A stretch of 64,000 nucleotides of DNA from Elusimicrobiota bacterium. Lineage in GTDB: Bacteria; Elusimicrobiota; Elusimicrobia; UBA1565; UBA9628. A program made the position numbers and the translations under genes. Where the stretch lies: assembly GCA_016194705.1 (NCBI GenBank), contig JACQAZ010000010.1, positions 166 through 64,165 of the forward strand. The letters are read 5' to 3'. Positions 57,222-64,000 of the stretch are shown in pieces. The notes below the pieces were generated by a model. It worked only from the letters and a program-made list of their open reading frames with translations. It made no database searches and was not told the origin of the DNA. Within the stretch, counting starts at the first letter, position 1. Each line of letters begins with the position of its first letter.

Positions 57222-59974
57222 ACGCCAGCTGGCTGCTCGTACTAGCGCTCTCGCCGGTCCGCGCGGCTCAAGTCTCAACGGGCACCGCGCGACTGGTCCT
57301 CATCGAGCCCGCCTCCATCTCGGCCGGCACGATCCTCGACGCTCCGCTCGAGCGTCTCCTGCGCCTCTCCTCGTCGAGCGTCCGTTTGCTCGACATCCAG
57401 TCCGTGCCCTGCTACCATTCGGGCACCGATTACCGACTGCGCCTGCCGGCCGCGCCTGGGCCCGCGGACGAAGCCGTTTTCTCTACCATGTCGGCGGTCG
57501 CGCTCGAGGCCGAGTCCGAGGCGGCCCTGATTTTTCCGCCCGAGCCGGAACTGATCTCGGGCCTGCAGACACTCGCCGAGGATCCCGCCAGCTACCGCGT
57601 CCCTTGGACGGTGCGCACCGCGACCAAGACCTTGAGCCTCATGCAGATGCGCGGGCCGAGCGGCGAGGCGCTGGTCACGGTCCAGCTCGATCCCAGCGCG
57701 GGAGAGGGCGCGCAATGGCTGCCGGCGGTCGCGCAGTCCTATCGCCTGAGCTGGAGAGGGCGCGAGGTTTCCATCGTGCTCGTGGCCAAGCTGCACGGCG
57801 GCCTCGGGCGATTGGCGACGGTGCTGGCGCGCGAGCAAAAGAGGGGCCCCGTGCTCGGAGTGGCGCGCAGCGACGCGTTCGGCTCCAGCTTCACCGAGCC
57901 CAAGGGGCGGGCGCTGGCCGAGAAGCTTGAGAGCCTCGGGCTCAAGTACTCCGCGGCGGGCTCGGCCGAGGTCCGACGCTGGCGAGAGGTCCAGCAGTAC
58001 CGGCGAGAGCGTCCCGAGGGCATTGAGTTCCTGTCGGCCAACCTGGTCTACGCCTCCGCGCCCGCCAAGACCATCCTTCCCGACCACGCGGTCGTGAGCG
58101 TCGGCGGCATCAAGCTCTGCCTCGTCGGCATGACGCCGCCCGAGGCCGCGAAGTACCTCGGACAAGGGGGCCTTGCCGACGCGGCGGTCGCCGATCCCGT
58201 GGAAGCCTTCCGCTCCAAGGCCGTCTCGTATCGGCGGGAATGCGAGCTCGTCGCCATCCTCGGCGCGCTCACACCCGAGGCGGCGCGCCTGCGCTTCGAG
58301 GCGCTGGGCGCCGATCTGATCGTCGGCGAGGATTACGAGTCGCCCTACCACCAGGGCGAGCGCCCTGAAAGCCACGTGCACCGGGCCCGGGTCTACGACT
58401 TCGACCAACCCCTCTGGATCATGAAGGCGTGGGACGAGACTCTGAACATCTTGGAAGTCGGCGTGCGCAAGGAGGGCGAGGCGCGCTCGGTCGACATCAT
58501 CGAACGCCACGTCAGCCTCGACGAAAGCGTACCGTGGGCTCTTGGGATTCCCGTCTTCGCGCCCGAGACCTACGCGACCGCGCTCTCCACCGAGCCTCCG
58601 ATCCTGCCATCGGCGCGGCGCATCCTGCCGGCGTCCGCGGGAGAGGGCGGATTCCCGCAGATCACGGCCGAGAATTTCTGGACACTGGCGGCCGGGATGC
58701 TCGCGGATTCGACTCGCTCCGAGGCGGGCCTCTTGCGCGTGCTCCCGCTGCCGATCCAAGAGGACACCGACATCCCGGAGTCCGTCGTGCGGGCTTGGCT
58801 CTCCGACGAGGACCAGGCCGTGGTGCTCTACCTCAAGGGCTCGGAACTCAAGGCATTGCTGGCAGAGGCCAAGGTGCAGTCCGAGCGCAGGGCGAAGGGA
58901 CTTCCCAAGGGCTCCAAGATCGCCTTCACTGCCGGCGGCGTCGATCGTGGGGGAAAGATCCACGGCGTGCCAATCGAGGACCGGCAGGTCTACCGCGTGG
59001 CCACGACCCAGGTGCTCGCCGACGCGCTGGGCCTCTCACCCGGCCGCGATCCTCAGCCCGTCGGACGCACGGCCGACGAGCTGATCCTGGAGGGCTTGCG
59101 CAAACGACGCGGCGCGCAGCCTTCGGCCTATCAAGGCTGGATGCAGGGCCAGCCGGTCTCGAGGCGCGGGCTTTGGCGGCTCGATTTTCGCGACGTGGGG
59201 CTCAACATCCAGAACACCTCGGTGGTGCGCGACGACGCCTTCGACGCGGTCCCCAACGCGCGCATCCAGGGCTTCAATCAATATACCATCGGCGGCTTCC
59301 TCAAGACCGACGCGGACTATTTCTACGAGCCCTACAAATGGTCCAACACCGTCGAACTCGAATATGCCAAGACGCGCCTGCGCCCGCGGCAAGGCCCCCC
59401 CGTCACCAACACGCCGTCCAACCGCATCATGGCGCTCACAAGTGCCACGCGCCGCGCGGGCGCCATCAAACAGGCCTGGCTGGCCCAGTCGTGGGGCCCC
59501 TCATTGGGCTTCCAGTTCGACAGCGAGTTCGATCCCGCCCCAGGCCTGCCGCGCAAGCAGGTCTACAGCGCCTTCCCCGGCGTCGAGTTGTACGACGGGA
59601 CCTTCGTGCGCAAGTGGGAGCTCACCCTCAACCTCAAGCGCGATCAGTCGCGCGACCCGCCCAACACCCAGGGCGGCCTGCACACGCGCATGCTGGTCTC
59701 CAAGGACCTCGGCAAGGCGCCGGTCAACCTCCAGGGCGAAGTCTACGCCAACTATTTCTTCCTGACCCGCCGCGACACGATCCAGGACCTGCGCTTCGAG
59801 GGCGACATCAACTTCAAGCTCAAGGTCCCGATCCGGAAATACCTGACGGTCGCCCCGTTCCTCGACCTCTACGCCTTCGAGCTCAAGCTCAGGCCGCTCG
59901 CGGGCTACTCCATCATGACCGGGATCTCGATCGGCTTCTCGCGTCTCTGGAAGCCGCAGTATGAGAGCTTCTAG
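57218..59974 (+). CDS. Exported 5'-nucleotidase-like fold fused to C-terminal beta-barrel
   Basis: [20 protein letters not shown]...VG, DPVE, DLIVG, YRVAT (nucleotidase-like); C-terminal amphipathic strands ending in F; TTG start overlapping the clpB stop. Confidence 0.65.
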   Translation: MNASWLLVLALSPVRAAQVSTGTARLVLIEPASISAGTILDAPLERLLRLSSSSVRLLDIQSVPCYHSGTDYRLRLPAAPGPADEAVFSTMSAVALEAESEAALIFPPEPELISGLQTLAEDPASYRVPWTVRTATKTLSLMQMRGPSGEALVTVQLDPSAGEGAQWLPAVAQSYRLSWRGREVSIVLVAKLHGGLGRLATVLAREQKRGPVLGVARSDAFGSSFTEPKGRALAEKLESLGLKYSAAGSAEVRRWREVQQYRRERPEGIEFLSANLVYASAPAKTILPDHAVVSVGGIKLCLVGMTPPEAAKYLGQGGLADAAVADPVEAFRSKAVSYRRECELVAILGALTPEAARLRFEALGADLIVGEDYESPYHQGERPESHVHRARVYDFDQPLWIMKAWDETLNILEVGVRKEGEARSVDIIERHVSLDESVPWALGIPVFAPETYATALSTEPPILPSARRILPASAGEGGFPQITAENFWTLAAGMLADSTRSEAGLLRVLPLPIQEDTDIPESVVRAWLSDEDQAVVLYLKGSELKALLAEAKVQSERRAKGLPKGSKIAFTAGGVDRGGKIHGVPIEDRQVYRVATTQVLADALGLSPGRDPQPVGRTADELILEGLRKRRGAQPSAYQGWMQGQPVSRRGLWRLDFRDVGLNIQNTSVVRDDAFDAVPNARIQGFNQYTIGGFLKTDADYFYEPYKWSNTVELEYAKTRLRPRQGPPVTNTPSNRIMALTSATRRAGAIKQAWLAQSWGPSLGFQFDSEFDPAPGLPRKQVYSAFPGVELYDGTFVRKWELTLNLKRDQSRDPPNTQGGLHTRMLVSKDLGKAPVNLQGEVYANYFFLTRRDTIQDLRFEGDINFKLKVPIRKYLTVAPFLDLYAFELKLRPLAGYSIMTGISIGFSRLWKPQYESF

Positions 59975-60497
59975 CCTAGCCGCTTTGCTCCTGCTCCTCC
60001 CCGCCGCGGCCCATGCCGACGCCGCTATGCCCATTCTGTATGTCTTCGCGCCGATCCTCGTTCTCTCATTTTTTCCCGTCGTCTTCATCGAGGCCTTGCT
60101 CTACCGGAACCGCCTGGCGATCTCCTTGCCGGCGGCGCTCTCGTCCTCGCTCAAGGCCAACCTCGCCTCCACTTTGGCCGGCCTCCCGCTGGCCTGGATC
60201 ATCGTGACGGGTTTGGGCGGCTTGGTCCACCCCGGAGGAGCCTTCGACCCCGGAGGCTTCAGCACCGAGCTGCTCTGGCGCGGACGCTACGGCGAGTTCT
60301 TCTTGGTGGTCCTGCTGCAGCTCGGGCCGGCGTATTTTGTCTCGGTGTGGATCGAGCGCGCGGTGCTCGTGCAGTCCTTCCAATCCGTGGACAAGGACAA
60401 GCTCCTGTCGCTGAGCTGGGCCGCCAACACGGCGAGCTACGCGTTTTTGTTCGTGCTCTGCTTCCTCCTGCCGGCCGTTTTCTCCCCCCGCGGCTAG
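59961..60497 (+). CDS. Hypothetical membrane protein
   Basis: Signal-like AHA; internal repeats IE...AN.AS; several TM helices. Confidence 0.75.
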   Translation: MRASSLAALLLLLPAAAHADAAMPILYVFAPILVLSFFPVVFIEALLYRNRLAISLPAALSSSLKANLASTLAGLPLAWIIVTGLGGLVHPGGAFDPGGFSTELLWRGRYGEFFLVVLLQLGPAYFVSVWIERAVLVQSFQSVDKDKLLSLSWAANTASYAFLFVLCFLLPAVFSPRG

Positions 60498-60545
60498 GCC
60501 TTACGACCCTGGCGCCCGACGAGGATTCGTGAGATAATGGTGGGA

Positions 60546-62483
60546 ATGGCCGCCAACCGCTTCCTGCCGATGACCCGCCGCGAGATGAAGGATCGCGGGT
60601 GGGACGAGGTCGACGTCATCTTCGTGACCGGCGACGCCTACATCGACCATTACTCTTTCGCCATGGCGATCCTCGGTCGAGTGCTCGAGCACGCGGGCTT
60701 CAAAGTTGCGATCCTCTCCCAGCCCGACTGGCGCTCCTGCGAGCCCTGGAAGACCTTCGGCCGTCCGAGACTGTTCTTCGGCATCAGCGCCGGGAACATG
60801 GACTCGATGATCAACCACTACACCGCGAACAAGAAGGTGCGCAACGACGACGCGTATTCTCCCGGAGGAAAGATCCATCTGCGTCCCGACCGCGCCACGC
60901 TAGCGTACTGCCAGCGCGCGCGCGAGGCGTACGAAGGCGTCCCGGTCATCGCCGGCGGCGTCGAGGCGAGTCTGCGGCGCCTGGCGCACTACGACTACTG
61001 GAGCGACACGGTCAAGCCCTCGATCCTGCTCGACTCGAAGGCCGATCTGGTCGCCTACGGCATGGGCGAGGAGACCATCGTAGAAATAGCCAAGCGCTTC
61101 GCCGCCGGCAAGACCGTCAAGGACATGCGCGACCTGCGCGGCATCGCCTATGCTTTGGGCGCCTCCGAGCCGCCTCCCGCGCCCGACGAGAAGACTTTGC
61201 ATATCCCGAGCTTCGAGGAGGTCAAGGCCGACAAGGACAAGTTCCTTCGCGCGACTCACTTGATCCACCGAGAGACCAGCCCCTTCAACGCCAAGACCAT
61301 CGTCCAGAAGCACGGCGCCCGCCACGTGGTGCAGACCCCGCCCCAGCTGCCGGTCAGCCAAGAGCGCATGGACTTCTATTACGGCCTGCCCTACACGCGC
61401 CGCCCGCATTTCAGCTATCGCGAGGCGATCCCGGCTTTCGAGATGATCAAGGACTCGGTCACGATCATGCGCGGCTGCTTCGGCGGCTGCACCTTCTGCT
61501 CGATCACCGCGCACCAGGGCCGCACGATCCAGTCGCGCTCGCAGGACAGCGTCTTGAAGGAACTCAAGGCGCTGGGCCAAGACCCCGAGTTCAAGGGCAC
61601 GGTCTCCGACATCGGCGGGCCGACGGCGAACATGTACCAGATGCGCTGCACCAAGCCCGAGATCGAGAAGATCTGCAAGCGCCTCTCGTGCGTGAGCCCG
61701 ACGATCTGCAAGTGCCTGGGAACCGACCACGGCCCCCTGACCGAGTTGATGAAAAAGTCCCGCGAGGTCGACGGCGTCGACAAGGTGCTCGTCGCCAGCG
61801 GCATACGCATGGACTTAGCGAGGCTCTCGCCCGAGTACATGACCGAGTTGACAGCCCACCACATCGGAGGGCGCCTCAAGGTCGCGCCCGAGCATACCGA
61901 CCCGAAGGTGCTCGCCGCCATGAAGAAGCCGGCCCACGACACCTTCGAGGATTTCGCCGAAAAATTTAAGGAAGAGAACCGCAAGGCGGGCAAGAACCAG
62001 TTCCTCGTGCCTTATTTCGTCTCCGGCCACCCCGGCTCGGACTTGAACGCTATGATCGATCTGGCGATTTTCCTCAAGCGCAACGGCTACAAGCCCGACG
62101 CCGTCCAGGATTTCATCCCGGCGCCCTTTGACGTGGCGACCGCGATGTACTACACGGGCAAAGACCCCGAGACCGGGCGGGAACTCCCGATCGCGCGCAA
62201 CCTGCGCGACCGCAAGCTGCAGCGAGCTCTTTTGCAGTTCTTCAAGCCCGAGAATTATTTCGAAGTCAGGGAGGCTTTGCTCAAAGCCGCCCGCAAGGAC
62301 CTGATCGGAAGCGGCTGCGACTGCCTGATCCCGTCGAACCCGCCGCGCCAGGCGATCCTCGCCCGCCGTTCGATGGCCAACCGCGACGCGGACGAGCACG
62401 TTCACGCGCGCGAGTTCCCGAAGAAGCATGGCGGACCGAAGGGCTATCGTCCGCAGAGACCCTCGGCCCGTCGTCGAAGTTGA
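60546..62483 (+). CDS. YgiQ/UPF0313 family radical SAM protein
   Basis: FLPMT, TGDAYIDH, GNMDSM, RGCFGGCTFCSI..HQG, DIGGPTANMY, LKVAPEH. Confidence 0.93.
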   Translation: MAANRFLPMTRREMKDRGWDEVDVIFVTGDAYIDHYSFAMAILGRVLEHAGFKVAILSQPDWRSCEPWKTFGRPRLFFGISAGNMDSMINHYTANKKVRNDDAYSPGGKIHLRPDRATLAYCQRAREAYEGVPVIAGGVEASLRRLAHYDYWSDTVKPSILLDSKADLVAYGMGEETIVEIAKRFAAGKTVKDMRDLRGIAYALGASEPPPAPDEKTLHIPSFEEVKADKDKFLRATHLIHRETSPFNAKTIVQKHGARHVVQTPPQLPVSQERMDFYYGLPYTRRPHFSYREAIPAFEMIKDSVTIMRGCFGGCTFCSITAHQGRTIQSRSQDSVLKELKALGQDPEFKGTVSDIGGPTANMYQMRCTKPEIEKICKRLSCVSPTICKCLGTDHGPLTELMKKSREVDGVDKVLVASGIRMDLARLSPEYMTELTAHHIGGRLKVAPEHTDPKVLAAMKKPAHDTFEDFAEKFKEENRKAGKNQFLVPYFVSGHPGSDLNAMIDLAIFLKRNGYKPDAVQDFIPAPFDVATAMYYTGKDPETGRELPIARNLRDRKLQRALLQFFKPENYFEVREALLKAARKDLIGSGCDCLIPSNPPRQAILARRSMANRDADEHVHAREFPKKHGGPKGYRPQRPSARRRS

Positions 62484-62514
62484 AGAGCTGCGCATCTGTA
62501 GTCATTCCGTTGGT

Positions 62515-62593
62515 CTGTTGCTTTAAAGCAACAGTGAGCCGAATAGATCGCTTAATTTTCTTCGTTTAGGCCCCGCGTTGCTTTAAAGCAACG
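62515..62593. repeat. Two copies of the palindrome GTTGCTTTAAAGCAAC, 60 bp apart
   Basis: CTGTTGCTTTAAAGCAACAG (62515-62534) and CGTTGCTTTAAAGCAACG (62576-62593). Confidence 0.9.
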
Positions 62594-63092
62594 GACCAGG
62601 CCGGGACTCTGGGCAGGCCGTCTTGGGATCGGGAACGAACATCGCCTTGCCTTGCGGCACGCAGACGGCCGTCTTGCCGGCCGGAGCGGGTCCCAGCATG
62701 ACGTCCTCGCAGAGAAAGTCCGAGCAGTACGCCAGGGACTCTCTGGCGTCCCCGTTCTCGGTCCACTTCACCCAGAACAACCCCCTTTCCTTGGCAAGAA
62801 CGCCGGCCCTCGGGTCCGTCTTGCGCGGATGGCCGTTCCACGGGCGCGTCTCGAAGGTCTTCTTGGCGAGCGAGAATCCCTCGTAGGGCCGCCATGCGCC
62901 CGCCGTTTCGTCGTAGCGGCAGGCCGAACGCACGGCGATCGCCGCCCTCTTCACGTTCAGCGCCATCGCCCAACTTTCGTTGTAGCTGATCACGCAGGCC
63001 TTGCTCGTCTTGTCCCAGCCGAAGTTGAAAAGCGGGCTTCTTCTCTCGGCCGCGGAGGCCGAGAGCGCAAGCAGGAGCAGCGCGGCCTTCAC
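62583..63092 (-). CDS. Hypothetical secreted protein (6 Cys)
   Basis: GTG start, signal peptide ending in ASA. Confidence 0.7.
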   Translation of the reverse strand: MKAALLLLALSASAAERRSPLFNFGWDKTSKACVISYNESWAMALNVKRAAIAVRSACRYDETAGAWRPYEGFSLAKKTFETRPWNGHPRKTDPRAGVLAKERGLFWVKWTENGDARESLAYCSDFLCEDVMLGPAPAGKTAVCVPQGKAMFVPDPKTACPESRPGPLL

Positions 63093-63096
63093 GAGG

Positions 63097-63432
63097 TCAG
63101 ACGCGCTCGACGACGACCGCGGTGCCGTAGCAGAGCACCTCGGTCGCCGGGCCCGTCTTGGCGCCGACTTCGGAGGCGTCGTAATGCAGGCCCACGACCG
63201 CGGTGGCGCCCATTTGCTTGGCGTGCGCGATCATGAGCTCATAGGCCTGCTCGCGCGCCTGTTCGCACATCTCGGTGTAGGCCTCGATGTTGCCGCCGAT
63301 GATGGACTTGAGGCCGCCCATGAGACCCTGCAGGACGGTCGGCGAGCGAACGACCAGGCCGCGCACGATGCCTTTGTATTCCTTGATGCGGTAGCCGTCG
63401 ATGGCGAATGTGGTGGTCACGGGGATATCCAT
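63097..63432 (-). CDS. YbjQ/UPF0145 family protein
   Basis: VTTT..I.GY.I..Y.G.V.G, IIGG, Y......RE.A, GA.AVVG, YGTAV. Confidence 0.93.
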   Translation of the reverse strand: MDIPVTTTFAIDGYRIKEYKGIVRGLVVRSPTVLQGLMGGLKSIIGGNIEAYTEMCEQAREQAYELMIAHAKQMGATAVVGLHYDASEVGAKTGPATEVLCYGTAVVVERV

Positions 63433-63450
63433 GGAGGTCATCTTATCATT

Positions 63451-63999
63451 TCAGCCCAAAGGGGTCTCGCGCACGATCCCATAAGCCGGGCCTTGGGTCG
63501 AGAGCCGGCTCTGGTAGAGGACGAGCTTCTCGGCGCGGCAGACGAGGCCGGGCGGGATTTTCAAAGTCTTGAGGGCCTCGACGAGGCTCTTGATGTTTTT
63601 TGGGCCTCTCACGCGTCCCAAGGTCAGGTGCGCCGAAAACTCACGCCCGGGCTCCTCTTGGGGAGCGATCGCGGTTTTCTTAAGCTCGCAGCGCAGAGCG
63701 CCGGCGAGTTTCGAAAGGACCTGCGCGCCCCGACCGACGCCTAGCCACAAGACTTTGGGGCGCGCAGGCGCGCCGAAGGCGCCCAACCGGTCGAACTCGA
63801 GGTCGAAGGGACTGTGTCCGGACACAGCCGTCTCCGAAGCGCGGGAGATTTCGGGGAGCCGTTCCTCTGCGGTCTCGCCGAGAAAGCTCAAGGTCAGGTG
63901 CAGGTTCTCGGACGCGACCCATTTCACGTCCGCGCCGCTCTTGATGAGCCCGGCGATGATCTGCGACGCCGCGGCTCTGACCCGCTCGTCGACGGAAAC
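63451..63999 (-). CDS. thpR: RNA 2',3'-cyclic phosphodiesterase (2H family), 5'-truncated by window
   Basis: Two HxT motifs (NLHLTL.FLG, AHLTLGR), LYQS.L...GP.Y; the frame stays open to the window edge. Confidence 0.92.
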   Translation of the reverse strand, partial: VSVDERVRAAASQIIAGLIKSGADVKWVASENLHLTLSFLGETAEERLPEISRASETAVSGHSPFDLEFDRLGAFGAPARPKVLWLGVGRGAQVLSKLAGALRCELKKTAIAPQEEPGREFSAHLTLGRVRGPKNIKSLVEALKTLKIPPGLVCRAEKLVLYQSRLSTQGPAYGIVRETPLG

Positions 64000-64000
64000 G

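Noticed and set aside
62515..62593. CRISPR mini-array, integron attC or dif site
   Set aside because: Only two 16-20 bp units, no cas or integrase genes, and no match to the attC core (GTTRRRY) or the XerD arm (TTATGTTAAAT).

Overview
GC-rich, gene-dense bacterial chromosome segment, mostly housekeeping, with no recognisable mobile element or CRISPR array. The diderm gene content (lnt, TonB/ExbBD, Prc, beta-barrel C-termini) and the style of the exported proteins suggest Elusimicrobiota, but this is inference only. Contents in order: end of rpmG, tRNA-Trp, secE-nusG-(membrane ORF)-rplK-rplA ending in a terminator with no rplJ/rplL/rpoB; an RDD-pilin-like fusion and a 761-aa secreted orphan behind a switch-like leader; secA-lnt-HDAC-prfB (no frameshift); a HEAT-cyclophilin lipoprotein; an M16 protease pair; hom-thrC-thrB-lysC; amtB; proC; rnd; a HEAT-lipoprotein-exbB-exbD-tonB operon; an AmmeMemo B/A fusion; rlmN; hemE-hemG; a CNNM-CBS-PTS EIIA fusion; a tandem PC4 protein; an exported double kinase; prc; clpB; a nucleotidase-like/beta-barrel fusion; a YgiQ radical SAM; thpR. 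Best novelty candidates: (1) a TonB motor operon with no receptor gene, led by a duplicated HEAT lipoprotein carrying an internal TonB-box-like segment; (2) a signal-peptide protein with Ser/Thr-kinase and PI3/4K/HipA-like domains, one of several 'signal peptide + Pro/Ala linker + cytoplasmic-type domain' proteins; (3) a standalone exported PDZ paralog of the Prc PDZ domain; (4) pervasive leaderless promoters; (5) an attenuator-like leader, an orphan sRNA candidate and a twin palindrome.
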